NCBI GenBank assembly: GCA_043228905.1 | Contig: JBHGNT010000017.1 | Location: forward strand, 9,238,001-9,302,000 | Reading direction: 5' to 3' | DNA length: 64,000 nt | Source of the DNA: Azolla caroliniana | Lineage: Eukaryota > Plantae > Polypodiophyta | Shown here: positions 1 through 13,300 of the stretch, piece after piece | Position numbering within the stretch: the first letter of the stretch is position 1 | Layout of the letters: each line of letters opens with the position of its first letter | Notes under the pieces: model-generated | What the model was told of the DNA's origin: nothing | The model's database searches: none | The model's input: the letters and a program-made list of their open reading frames with translations, nothing else | Position numbers and translations under genes: made by a program

Positions 1-3000
1 GTTAAACTCGTCAATGATCCAGAAGGGGACTATCCATCGGAATCGTAATTTACCCGGGATAGCACCGAGTCGTGTTTGGAAGACCAACACCGGTTTGCTG
101 ATGGTAAGTGCTTTCTCCGTACCCTTTCGATGTCGATCGACGAAGGCTTTGCGTTGTCGTTGGCGTTGCTCCAGGTGAGCCATGTTGGCCACTCGTTGTT
201 TGCCAAGTTCGAGGAGTTGTTCGAGCTGATATTGCTCTGATTGAGCCTCGGGTAGCCTTTCCTTAACCTGAACTCCGAGACTCGGAACTTGGAACTCGAT
301 TGGCATGACTGCTTCCAAACCAAAGGCCATCCGAAAGGGTGTAGACTGAGTGCTAGTTTTGAATGTGGTGGGATACGCCCATAATGCACTCTGGAGCTTG
401 TCATCCCAATCGGTGCGGTTCTCATTGATGATCTTTTTCAGGATTGTTTGCAAAATTTTATTAGTCGACTCCGCCAATCCGTTTGCCTGTGGATAGTACG
501 ACGTACTTTTCTTATGTACGACTGCGTAGTGTGTAGTGAGTTTGTGAATTATGTGGTTTAGAAAATGCCCGCCTTGGTCACTAATGAGCTCGATTGGGCA
601 TCCATATCGGCACCATAGATGTTCGTATACGAATTTTGCAGTGGATGCAGCGGTATTGTCCCGCAATGCCTTAGCCTCGACCCATTTTGTGCAATAGTCT
701 GTGGTCACGATGATGTATTTGTTACCGGTGCGGGCCGCGGCTGGTTTAAAAGGTCCTACAAAATCTAACCCCCACTTTTGAAAGGGCTCTAACAGAAAAA
801 TGGGTTGGTGCGGCATCCAGGCTTGCTCGGTTGGTTGTCCCATGCGTTGACATAGATCACATTGTCGACAAAATTCATGAGCATCTTTTTTTGTTGTGGG
901 CCATCACAAGCCACTCTACCATATTTTTCTTGTCGCGGCCTCTCCAACGTAATGTCCCCCCACGATTCCGTGATGTGCCTCATGGAGGATTGCGGGTTTC
1001 TCAAATTGACGGATTGCACGGCGCTAGATGCCATTCGAGCCTTTGTGGTAAAGAGTGTCGGAGACGAGACAGAAATTTCGGCACCTGACAGCTAGTCGTT
1101 TCCGAGCGTCGAGGGTCAAGTGGTCAGGAAGAAGGCCTGTGTTGAGAAAATGGGTAATCTCTGCGACCCATTCGTCCTCATTTGTGTCTGGCACCGTTGC
1201 GAGACTGAAAAGGGCGGCATCAGGTAAATCATCGTACGTGGACACGACTAGTTCGCCTGACTCAAGGTGGCTCAGGTAGTCAGCTACGGCGTGTTGGACG
1301 CCGGGCCGGTGCTGGATCTGAAAATCAAACTCCTGTAGCAGGAGCATCCATCAGGCCAAGCGACCTGTGAGGGCTTGCTTATTAACCAAGTAGAGGAGGG
1401 TCGAGTGGTCGACGTGGAATGTGAAGTTCCGTCCCAAGAGATAATGCCGGAATTTGTTGATGTTGTAGACCATACTGAGGGCCTCACGTTCAGTGGTTGA
1501 GTAGTTCTTTTCCGCGGCCGAGAGTCGTCGGCTAGCATAATACATTGGCTGGTACCAATTTGGTGGTGTGCGTAGCATGAGCGCACTGCCGATGGCTATA
1601 TCTTATGCGTCTACGAAGACGTGAAAAGGTTCTGACCAGACCGGTGACTGTAGCACAACGGCATGGGAGAGCATTAACTTCAAGCCTTGGTACGCCTCGT
1701 CTTCTATTGAAGACCATTGAAATGGGATTCTAAGCACCGCCGCGTGCAAAGGAGTCGCGAAATCGGCCAAGTGTCGCAACATCCGGCTATGCCATCTAAT
1801 TTGGCCCAAGAATATGCTGAGAGCCTTCGCGATAGAAGGCACGGGGGCATTTAGAATGGCCTGCACTTTATCCGGGTCCATGGCGATACCTTCCTGGCTG
1901 ACTATGTGCCCAAGCAGGTTGCCGCTTGTCACCAAGAATGCGCATTTTGCCAGATTTAAGCTCAAACGAGCGTGTCGACATCGTTCGAGACAAAGCTGTA
2001 GCTGGGTCATATGCCCCCGCCGCTGGCCATACACAGCAAAGTCATCGAGGAACACTTGCATGAACGCCGGAATATACTCGTTGAAAATCTCTGAGATGAT
2101 GCGTTGGAACGTGGCCGGTGCCGTTTTTAATCCGAACATCATTACCTCGGCCACGAAGACACCCCAGTCCGTGACAAACGTCGTTTTCTCCTGATCGTCC
2201 GGGTGCATTCGGATTTGATTATAGCCACTGAACCCATCGAGGAAACTATAGCATTCATGACCAATCACCGTGTAGAGGACATTATCCGTGAACGGAAGAG
2301 GAAACCCATCCGTGACTGTCGCAGCATTGAGTTTGCGGTAATCAACGCAAACGTAGATTTTCCCGTTTTTCTTGGGGACCACGACGATTGGGCTTATTAA
2401 CCATGTGGCTCTTTTTATTGGGCGTATAAAGCCTACTCGAAGTATTTTGTCGATTTCCTCTTTGACCTTAGCCGTGTAGTTGGGGTTCATACGGTACTGT
2501 CGTTGTTGGATCGGCCGAGTGTCCGGTAGGAGGTGTACTTGGTGTTGGTAGCATTGGGGATCCAATCCCTTCATATCAGTGTAAGACCAGGCGAATACAT
2601 CCTGATATTCCGTGAGCAGGTGTATCAGGGCTGACCGTTCGTCGGCTGGTAAGTTATTAGTGATTTGAAATGTCTGTGGGTTCTCGTTTGAGCCGAGGTT
2701 CAATGACTCGAGCGTTGATGCTTTTACCTGCTGGGAGATGGCGAGTTCTCATTCGAACGCGTCCCGAGCTTGTCGTAGTTCCGCGATAATTGTGGAATTG
2801 GCTTCGTCCTAGGGAAGGGAATCTGCCGTGCCATCCTCGTCCAGTGGTGTGCCGAAACCCGAAATGACGTTTATTTCGAAGAGGGGTATGATAGTGGGGT
2901 GATCTTCGAGTAAGTCATCCACCTCTTCGTCGACTAAGCCGTCGAGCATGTGTACCCCTTCCACGTATAAGGGCGTAGTGTTGTGGGGCGTGGTTAGGCG

Positions 3001-3240
3001 TTCTTCTGTTATTACCTGTACCTTGGACTTCCCCCGGCGGAAGGAGATCATATTACGCTGCCAATGTTGTTTAATATTTGCTGTGCGCAGCCAGGGTCGG
3101 CCAAGCAGCATTGGGTAAGTGCTCGGAGCTTCGAGGCGTAACACGACTACCGAGATAGTGAACATGTGGCCGCCTAACGTGAAATCAAGGTGGCGGATTA
3201 ACTTGATGGGGCGAACCGATCGCGTATCGGCCATCCACAA
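1..3240 (-). pseudogene. Gypsy pol (protease-RT-RNase H-integrase), frameshifted/stop-interrupted
   Basis: ORFs 2809-3240, 1603-2703 (VDYRKLN, FLDGFSGYNQI, FLDDF), 1351-1578 (YYASRRL..NYSTTEREAL), 1024-1347, and integrase core at 430-800 (WGLDFVGP, DYCTKWVEA). Confidence 0.9.
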
Positions 3241-3490
3241 CCAAAAGGGGCATTCACGGTTGGATTCTGGGAATCCATGAGGGGTGGGCCCGTCCCTGGC
3301 TCCGTCATGTTAATAGGGGGTGTGACCGATATGTCGTTAGCCGTGAGCTTAGCCAAGGTATCCTGAAAGCGCTGCATGAGGGGTAACAACTTATGTAATG
3401 GCAACGAGATCCTAACGCTTGTAAGGGCTTCCCATAGATGGTCATCTTTTGCCGTGGTGAATGGTCCTGCGACCGGTGCTGCATCGATGG

Positions 3491-5124
3491 TCACGTCCTA
3501 CATCTCTGTGTGCATCCGTGCCGCGTTGCTTTTATTGGCGGTCTCAATCCATTCCTTGGCTGCTTGTCGGACGTCATCTTGTTCTTGCCATTGGCTGGTG
3601 TGGGTCTTGCTACTTGTAGTGACGTGTTGGACGTCGGCATAATAGTATTCACAATCGAGGCCTTGCCGTGGTCCGTGGTTGGGCATTGGGTAGCGTAGTG
3701 GCTGGGTTGGTTACACTTAAAGCAAATAACGGATGCCGAGTTGCTGGTGTCACCGTGCTCAGTGTGTGGGAAGGATTGTGATTGGTTCCTGGTCGCTTGG
3801 GTAGGCGTGTTGGCCCGTGGCTTGGTGTGCGGGGCGTTTGGAGGGGGGTCCCAACGACGATTGTCGTTCTGACGTCGATTGTTCCTTGGACCTCTATAAG
3901 AGTTTCGTCGATCATTTCGTGAATACCGCTGATCGTACCAGTCCTCCTGGTCGTCGTCATACTGATCGCAATCATTGTTCGCTCTATATTGGTCGTCGTG
4001 ATACTGGTCACGGTCGTTTGATCTCCTGCGATTGTCGCAACGGTAGTCGTCGTCGCGGCGCTGGCGATCCGGGGATCGTGGTCGCTCATTTGCCCGATGT
4101 CGGTATGACTGACGTTCATCTTGCCGGGAGTATGTATTGCGCAACTCGATCTGGCGAACTGGAGCCATCATTGTGCGGTTGAGCATGTTGTACTCACATT
4201 GTTCGATCATGTGAGCTCGGGCTGACATATTTGGTAGTGTGGCCGGTGGGGGCACTCAAGAGCCAGATGGCCTGAGCCTGAGCAGGCCGTGCATTGGAGA
4301 ACTTGTTGGAAACGGTTGTCCTCCTGAGTTAGGGAGCTTTGCAAAGAGCCCATGGAGAAAACCGTGTTATGCTGTGTTCGATCGATGGTGAGGACACGTG
4401 CGATGACTTGCTCCATAGTTTGTTTGGAGAAATTTGTAAGTGTGAGAGTCGTCTGTAGAGGCTCCCGTAGGCTGGACAGGAAGGTATCCAGAATGTGATG
4501 AGCGGTGACATCGTCGGCCAGTTGTCGGTATAAATCCTGAAATCGGATCGTGAACTGGGCGACCGTCTCATGAGGTTCTTGGCTCTTGGAAAAGAATTGC
4601 CAGAGTAGTTCCCGCTTCGGAACTTGGCGGTGAAATAATTCTAGGAACTTTGTCCGGACGTCTTGGAACGTTGTGACCTCCCCCATGTCGAGGCAGGAGT
4701 ACCATTGAGCAGTCGAGCCATTGAGGGATAGAGCAAATTCCGCGATTTTGGAGGCCTCGATTTCGGCAGTCGATAACCGCTGCGTCGAGTGGTTGGCCTG
4801 CCATGTGGACACGAATGCGCGAGTGTATGATTCCGCGTCGGAGCCGTTGGTATATCGTGGGTAAGCGTAAGGCATGGTATCGAGATCCGGGTCCTCGAGT
4901 TCAGCTGGAAAAGGGTTAGGGTCAGGTTGGGTGACCTCTGGAGGGCTCGGCGGGGAGGTTGGTGCGGAATCAACTCGCGACTGGGTATTGGGTGGCGAGG
5001 ATTGCAACCGGTGAGCCTCCGATAGTTCCTGGAACGATTGGTCAGTGACCGCCGAGTCGGAAGTTCCTTCGAATGGCTCAGGGAGTCGGGCAGGTGGCCA
5101 AGACCGTGTGATGCGATTGGGCAC
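3491..5124 (-). pseudogene. Gypsy gag with zinc knuckles and an Arg/Asp-rich low-complexity segment
   Basis: ORF 4207-5124 has a retrotransposon gag core (QEPHETVAQFTIRF). ORF 3491-4255 has the RD-rich tract and a CCHC knuckle. Confidence 0.8.
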
Positions 5125-5198
5125 CGTAATGGCGGTTGGGGTTTGCTTCCAACATAGTTCGCTGTGATCTTACAACTATAACCGGGCGTGCCAAATTG

Positions 5199-5684
5199 TG
5201 TTAACCGTTTCTGGGGGAACACCTTCGATGAGCCCACAGGCTATCAGTGTCAAGGGATCGTGTTACGTGGAAGCCTCTTCTACACGGGGGAAAAGAAAGG
5301 AGAACGAGGAGCGTACACGGGCTACAACCCATTAGGTATAAACACAGCTCGATTTATGAGTACAGGGAGAATACACAGATAGAAGATTAGAAAAAATGAA
5401 ACTTATATTAAATGATAAAGCTCACAGTGATTACAGTACTCGGCTCTTAGCCGGAAATAGTTCGTACAAAGCTTGCTGCTAGGATATTACTCTCGCTAAG
5501 AATGATCTAGATAATCCCCCCCTTGGGTTATGCATAACTCGGGTTATATAGTTTTCCTCTTGAGACCGAGCCGAGCCATCGGCTGATTGTGAGGGCTAAA
5601 ACACGGCTATCTATTTCCTCACCTACTCTTCTACCTAACGACGAGTTTACATAATGTATTTATATTTCTGGCCTATGGACAACA
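5199..5684 (-). repeat. 5' LTR of the Gypsy element
   Basis: TGTT...AACA termini, with the PBS adjacent at 5181-5193. Copia coding sequence resumes at 5685 (ACAATGAGTACATGG, compare 8862). Confidence 0.75.
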
Positions 5685-7880
5685 ACAATGAGTACATGGC
5701 GCATCACTATGCATACATGACCAAAGTGGCGGAAGTGTGTGAGCCGGAGAGCTACGTAGAAGCGGCAAAGGATGCAAATTGGCGTGCCGCTATGGAAGAA
5801 GAAATGCGGGCACTCTATGCCAACAACACATGGGACCTCATTGACCCTCCCCGACACTGTAAACCGATCGGTTGCAAATGGGTGTACAAGGTAAAGTACA
5901 ATGCCGACGGTTCGGTCAACCAGTACAAGGCCCGATTAGTGGCGAAGGGCTACGCACAGACCCACGAAATCGACTACGAAGAAACCTTCGCTCGGGTAAC
6001 GAAGATGACGACGGTTCGTGTGGTGCTGGCGGTTGTTGCGGCAAGGGGGTGGCATCTTCACCAGATGGACGTGAGGAATGTGTTTCTTCAAGGTGACCTT
6101 GAAGAATGGCTCTATATGATCCAACCTCCCTGTTTTCAGTCGGAGATGAACAAGTTGGTGGTGTGTTGGCTTAAGAAGTCGCTTTACGGTTTGAAACAAG
6201 CCCCTCGCGCTTGGAATGCGAAGATCACGCACCAGTTGTATAAGATGGGGTTTGTGACCTCTAAATCCGACTCATCGTTGTTCATCTGGCAAGGTCCGGA
6301 CGGTTCGGCTTGCATCTTACTTTATGTAGATGATTTAGTCATCACCAGACCCGGACTCAATGAAATTGGCCGTGTCAAGGCCCAACTATCGGACGCATTT
6401 GAGATGAAGAACCTCGGGGACCTTCATTATTTCCTTGGGATCGAGGTGATCAGAACCCCCGACGACATATTGCTCTCACAACGCCATTATGTGTTCGGCA
6501 TGACGGAATGCTGACCGATCTCTAAACCCCTAGACCGGAACCTGAAGCTACGTCCCGACTCCGGACCGGCCTACAATGAGAAACACTTCTGACAAATTGT
6601 CAGAAGCCTTATCTACTTGATGATCACTTGACCCGACATCAGTTATCTAGTCGGAGTGATCAGCCAGTTCATGCAGACGCCGACTGTCAACCATCTTCAT
6701 TGCGCACACCGGATACTCTGGTATGTTAGCGATACGAAGAACCGAGGACTGTTATACTGACACGGTATAACTGGGAAGCTAGTCGGATATAGCGATGCCG
6801 ACTAGGCTAGTGATGCATCGGATCGCCGATCCACCTCCGGTTACATGTTTTCTCTTGGTAGCGTGGTTGTTGCGTGGAGCAGCAAAAAGCAGCCAACAGT
6901 GGCTCTGTCGATCATTGAGGCTGAATACCGAGATGCTACCATTGCCACCTATGAAGCCATCTGGCTTCGGCGACTGCTGTAAGACCTGCGAATTGAGGTA
7001 CCGACCCCGATCTTGATGTACTGTGAGAAACATTCAGATCGCCGAGAACCCCAATTCTGATCTTTTGCGGATTGAGGTACCGACAACATGAGCAACATTC
7101 AACTCGCCAAGAACCCCATGTTCCATGGTCGGACGAAGCACATAGAAGTCCACTATCACTTTGTGTGTGAGGGGGTTTTGAGCGGTGAAGTCAAACTTCG
7201 GTATGTTTAGATGGATCGGCAAGTTGCCGACATCTTCACCAAACCGCTCGAATTGGCCAAGTTGTAGCACTTCACCGAAATGCTTGGTGTACAACATCTC
7301 GATATGCCGCACTTGAGGGTGAGACTTGGAACGGGCAAAGGATTTGGTGATGGCACCGGACTAAGAGCTAGAGAGGAAGAAAGAACCAAAGGGGGAGGTT
7401 AGCAGAAAAAGGGAGCCGAGTCGACCGATTGAGTCGGCACATCTGAACAAGTCGGAGCAAGCGGCAGCGACAGTAGAGTCAAGAAGGACAGAGCTGACCG
7501 GAAGAAGGCCAAGAACCGGACATGGTTTGATGTGGTGAAGGATCTGAAACCGGGATACCAGTTGGAGAACACCGATTCAGACAAGAGCTGGAACGAATCG
7601 GAGGAAACCGATTCGATTCAAGATTCGGAGAAGCCGGATTAACTAAAGGCCCAATGGACATGGACGCAACGGAAGTTGATGCCAACACGAAGGAACCGAC
7701 GGGTCGACAAGCGCCGGAGTTGCAACAACGAGGGAGCTGAAATGGGCAAATCATTGATCCGGGGATGCAAGTTCGATCCATGCATCTCGAGTGCTTCATC
7801 GAGGAAGAGGGCCAACTCATCGTGTAAGGGGGCCGAAACGGGAGGATGTCCATCCTCGACACTAATGACGTCGGCACCGC
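5685..7880 (+). pseudogene. Ty1/Copia RT-RNase H module (copy 1) with charged 3' tail
   Basis: [52 protein letters not shown]; multiple stops. Confidence 0.9.
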
Positions 7881-7884
7881 TCGA

Positions 7885-10627
7885 CTATTTCCGGAACTTG
7901 CACAGTCTTGTTGAATGGGAAACAAAGAGGAAGATCAAGTGGTTGCAGTCAAATGACAAGAAAGAGTATTTTTCTGGCCAATTCAACACCTATCTGCAAT
8001 AGAAGGGAATTCAACGAGAATTCAGCTACAGGTATACGCCAGAACAAAACGGTGTAGCCGAGAGGAAGAACCGGTCAGTTGTAGAAGCGGCACGGGCACT
8101 GTTGGAGGAGAAGAGCATGCCCAAGTTCTATTGGGCCGAAGCGGTCCGGACGACTGTCTACATCCAAAACCGGATCGGGGAGGAGGTGTCAGCACACAAG
8201 CTATATTTTGGGCAGAAACCAAACTTACGACACTTGAGGATATTCGACAGCATTGTCTATGTGCATGTACCGGATGAGAAGCGGAGGAAGTTGGACCCGA
8301 AGTCGGAGAAGTGCATTTTGGTTGGCTATTTACACGAACATAAGGGGTATAAGTGTTATAACCCCCGCACAAAAGAAGTTTGAGTAAGCCAAGACGTCCA
8401 GTTCGATGAGTCGACATCATGGTACTCTTTACCAACTCTGACCCCCGACAACTCCGACCATCGGATTCCGGAAGATGAGGCTAGTGAGCCAGAAATGATC
8501 CGGGCAGAAGAAGAGTTCGGCACTCTGGAAGAGAGTCCGATTTCATTCCGGCTGAGTGGGCCGAATGAAAGACTGAGTCGGAATGACCAGTCGGATGAGG
8601 AGTCAACGAGTAGTGAAGACTCAGTTATGTTGTCCCCATGCAAGGAACCAAGGAGGCAGTTCATGCGCAAAGAGAAGGGGAAGAAGATGCCGGAATATGA
8701 CACCGACAGAGACGAGCCGGATCAGAGCGAAATCAACTCTAGAAAGAACAAGGAAGGACTTTCGGAGACGAAGTCCGAGTCGGCCAAAAGGGCTCTTAAA
8801 TCGGCCAACGAGAAGTTATGCCGATCGACTTGCCAAAAGAATCCCGTGAAGGAGTATGGGTATAATGAGTACATGGCACATCACTATGCGTATATGACGA
8901 AAGTGGCGGAAGTGCATGAGCCAGAGAGGTATGTAGAAGCGGCAAAAGACGCGAATTGGCATGTTGTGATGGAGGAAGAAATGCGGGCACTCGATGCCAA
9001 GCGACACTAGGACCTGGTTGACCCTCCCCGACATTGCAAACTGATCGGCTGCAAATGTTATACAAGATAAAATATAATGCCGATGGTTCGGTCAACCGGT
9101 ACAAGGCCCGGTTAGTGGCCAAAGGATATGCGTAGACCCACGGAATTGACTACGACGAGACCTTCGCTCTAGTAGCAAAGATGACGACGGTTCGTGTGGT
9201 GTTGGCAGTTGTTCTAGCAAGGGGGTGAAAATTTCAACAAATGGATGTGAAGAATGCGTTTCTTCAAGGCAACCTTGAAGAACAAGTCTGTACATGATTT
9301 AGCCCCCCCCCCCCCCCGTTTTTGGTCGAAGATGAAGAAGTCGGTAGTGTGCCGACTCAAGAAGTCGCTTTATGGCCTAAAGCAAGCTCCCTGTGCTTGG
9401 AATTCGAAGATAACACACTGGTTGCGTAAGATGGGGTTTGTGGCATCGAAGTCCTACTCTTCATTGTTTATCCGAAAGGGTCTGAAAGGTCCAGTATGCA
9501 TTTTGTTGTATGTCAACGACTTAGTCATTACCGGACCCAACCTCCCTGAAATCGGTCGAGTGAAGTCCCAACAATCGAGCGTGTTCGAAATGAAGGACCT
9601 GGGGGACCTTCATTACTTCCTCGGGATCAAAGTGATCCATTCCCCCGACGACATATTGCTATGTCAGCGACGCTATGTGCTGAATATGATGTACAAGTTC
9701 AGCATGACCAAATGTTGATCGGTCTCGACATCCCTGGACCGGAACCTCAAGTTGTGTCCCAATTCTAGACCAGCTTGCAATGAGAAATAGTTTTGACAAC
9801 TTGTCGAACGCCTTATATACTTGACAATCACCCGACCCAATATCAGCTATCTGGTCGGGGTGATCAACTAGTTCATGCAGAAGCCGATCGTCGAGCACCT
9901 TCAGTGCGCGCATCGACTATTGCGATATGTCTCTGGCACTAAGGATCGGGATTGTTGTATTGACACGGTATAACCGAACAGTTAGTTTGTTATACAAATG
10001 CCGATTGGGCCTGTGATGCGTCAGATCGTCAGTCAACATCCGTTTTTATGTTTTCTCTAGGTAGTGTGGATGTTGTGTGGAGCAGCAAGAAGCAACCAAT
10101 AGTGGCTCTATCAAGCACTAAGGCCGAGTATCGTGGAGCTACTGTCACGACCAGTGAAGCCATATGGCTTCGACGGATGTTGCAAGACCTCTGGATCAAA
10201 GTACCGACTCTGATCCTGATCTACTGTGACAACATCAGTAGCATGTAGCTTGCCAAGAACCCCGTGTTCCATGCTCGGACGAAGCACATGGAAGTGCATT
10301 ATCACTTTGTGCACGAGCGGGTCTTGAGCAGTGAAGTCAAACTCCAATATGTTCGAACAGGCCGATATCTTCAGCAAGCCACTCGGACATGGTCTGATCT
10401 GGTAAAGGGCCTGGAGGATGAGGACGAGTTGGAGGCAGCCAATTCGGAAGAGGCGTTCGATTTGGAGGAGCCAAATCAACTGAAGGCCAAATGGATGAGA
10501 AGGCAACGGAAGTCGACACCGACACGGAGCAACTGACGGGTCGAGAAGTGCCGAAATCGCAACAATGAAGGAGGTGAGATGGGCCTTATGAGCAGGCACG
10601 CCGATTAGAAGGGTCGAGGAGTGCGAG
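7885..10627 (+). pseudogene. Ty1/Copia integrase-RT-RNase H module (copy 2), interrupted at 10628 by a Gypsy insertion
   Basis: TPEQNGVAERKNR, FYWAEAV, KLDPKSEKCILVGY, LKKSLYGLKQAP, WSSKKQPIVALS. Continues at 26284. Confidence 0.9.
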
Positions 10628-11123
10628 TGTCAGGAATAGTACTAAACAGAGAGCGAATTAATACTAGAGAAGAGAAGTACTGTCAGGAATAGTACTAAAT
10701 AGGGAGAGAATTAGTATTAGAGAAGAGAAGTAATATTAGTACTAAGAGGATGGGACTGCATAAGATTCCCGAGAGAGGAAGAGAGAAGAGGAGAGAGAGA
10801 GAGATAGCGAGAATGAGAGAGAGAAAGATGATGACAATAGCTAATATATTATGTGAAAGATAAGTACAAAGTGGCTAAGAGGCTTAAGACTGGCATTGAA
10901 CCAATTTGGTTCAAAACAATGCCTTGTGCCTCCTTTTATAGTGTTTTTAGGAATAATCCTAAAGCTTCTAGAATGTTCCGGAGAGATCTGGAATATACAT
11001 CAATTTTTTATGATAAAACATAAATGAAAATAATATCCTACAAATTACAATTCATAGTCTGATGGTAAGAGCTCGACCCATGCAGCATAAGGTCATGGGT
11101 ACAACTCTTGCCATATCATGACA
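10628..11123 (-). repeat. 3' LTR of chromovirus A
   Basis: Near-identical to 25755-26278; TGTCA...TGACA; internal ~53-bp direct duplication and (GA)n tract. Confidence 0.95.
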
Positions 11124-11133
11124 CTATCTCCCC

Positions 11134-12356
11134 CTTAAAGACGACGAGTGGAACGAGTCGGCGCTGGCGCTAATTGTGGACCGGGTTTGTCCGGATACTA
11201 TCGGTGGAAATCAGCAAGAAGATCCTGAGCATTAGCAACATGCTCGATGGGTTCCCAAGTACATTCGCTTGGACTATAACCGAGCCAATCGACCAAATAG
11301 TAAAGTTTGTTGCGAACAAGTTTGGAATCAAGGATGGTAGCAACTTCATACTCCGGGCCGGCGTCCAACTCCAGGGGCGGCGGCGGCGGTGTAACACGAT
11401 TGGGAATGGTGTTTGCTTTATAAGGTTCAAGAAGAGAACAATGGAAAACCGGATGTATCTGAAGCTGCGGAGGGAGATCAAGGCGGAATGTGACATCATT
11501 AACCTTACCCGTAATACGGAAAGGACCGAGTCGTCGATAATCCAACTTGTCACACGGTCGAGTAGTCTTTGATGTGACGACGTAAGAGCCATACTCGATC
11601 TCCGATGGCAAAAGAGGAGGGAATCCGATGACGATCCGCATAAGTCTTCTGTGTGTGTTGAGCATGATGAAGGTGAGTAGAGAGATCCATTTGGATCTTG
11701 CGTAGCCTCTCCAAATGATCCTCGGCACGAGGGTTGGTAGGTAGCTCCGGGGTGTCGATCACCGACCAACGAGGATGAAAACGGGTATAAGCGAAAAATG
11801 GGGAGACCTAAGTCGAGGAGTGAATAGCATTATTATACGCAAACTCCGCAAAGTGGAGAATCTCAGCCCAATCGTCATGTTGATAACTCAGGAAACACTG
11901 GAGAGGTTGTTCTAGTGTTTGGTTTGTTTGTTCCGCCTGCCCATCGGTCTGGGGATGGTAGCCGGAGGAGAGGTTGCAAGAGACCTTGAGCATCTTGAAG
12001 AGATATTGCCAAAATTTGGAGACGAATTGAGGTCCTCGGTCACTAATGATACTGTCTGGGAGGCCGTGATGGCGAAATACCTCACGCATGACGAGGGTGG
12101 CGGTTTCCTCGCTAGTGATGACCTTAGTACACGGCACAAAATGTGCCATCTTCGTATATCGATCAACGACAATTAAGATAGCATCAAACCCTTTCGAGAC
12201 CGGTAGATCAGTGATAAAATCAAGACAAATAGATTGCCATGGCTTACTTGGAATCGGTAAGGGTTCCAACAAGCCATATGGATGGTGTTGTGGCATCTTT
12301 GCTCGACAGCAAGAATCACAGGTCCAAACGTAGTCATCGACAAAACGGCGCATGTG
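11134..12356 (-). pseudogene. Integrase + chromodomain of chromovirus A
   Basis: PWQSICLDFIT, ISDRGPQF, YHPQTDGQ, GPF motif, EYEVATILDSK...YYLVDWLGY...TWEP. Confidence 0.93.
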
Positions 12357-12482
12357 GGGCCATTTGTGTAATTAGCATAAATGGTAGTTGCCCTAAGTCG
12401 GTCACTATATATAGTGACCTTGTAACCTTTTTGTAAGGTTGGTTGTATTGTTGTTTTTCTATGGAATAGAAAGTCTTGTGTG

Positions 12483-12519
<37 letters not shown>

Positions 12520-12605
12520 ACGATCTTGGAAACTGTCATACGCAGGTACTCAAACTCGAATCGAATGCTTCTTGATCTTCCGCATTGACGGCCTTGTCTA
12601 CAACA
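12357..12605 (+). repeat. 5' LTR of Copia (first ~59 bp deleted)
   Basis: Matches 23128-23381 except for (CT)n length; ends CAACA before the PBS. Confidence 0.9.
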
Positions 12606-13300
12606 TCTGGTATCAGAGCCTGCACAGTATTCGGTCCTTCATCCCGCTGTCGGCCGTCGTCTCAGCTTGCACAGCATTCGGTTTCTTGCGTCATTCGAAG
12701 AAGAGAGAAGAAGAAGAAAAACGAGGCTTGCATCTCATCGCGTTAGATCATCTTCGCTTGGAGTAAGCCAGCCGGTTGTACTCTGTTCCTTGTGATCGTA
12801 ACCGCTCGAGGTGAAATCCCCTTGTGCAACATTGACACGATCGTGCTCCACTCGGTTAAACGGCATCCGAAGGGGTCATCAAACGCTGCTCGCCGCTCAT
12901 TGTAACCACTCGGTGCAGATCGGTCTCAAGACAACAACCCAAATTCGTGCTTCATCCGGCTGATCGACATTCGGGAGGATCAGTTGGATCCGTCTCTCTC
13001 GTCGCTGCAGTCACCCGAAGCAGAATCGGTCTAGACAATCGGTTTCAATAATCGGGTATTTGGCATATATATTCGGAAGCGAACCGGGCTCACTCTGACT
13101 CGGCAACATTCGGGAAGACCAGTCGGTTCTGTCCCTCAAGTTACCGGAGTCAATTCGAGCAAGTTCAACAATACATATATCCGAAGCCGAACCGACTCGG
13201 GTCCAAATCCGACTAGAACGATATCGGGTGAGCCAACCGGCTGCACTCCAACAAGGTTCGTAGTCAACTCCGAACCGAGCTTCGTCAACCGAAACCAAAT

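Larger units (their letters stand above)
1..5684 (-). mobile_element. Ty3/Gypsy LTR retrotransposon (non-chromovirus, Tat/Athila-like), decayed, 3' end outside window
   Basis: Minus-strand order gag (4207-5124, CTACSGSGHLALEC; second knuckle CFKCNQPSHYATQC), protease (LLGRPWL), RT (FLDDF), RNase H, integrase. LTR at 5199-5684 is followed by PBS TGGCACGCCCGG. Inserted into a Copia RT-proximal region. Confidence 0.92.
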
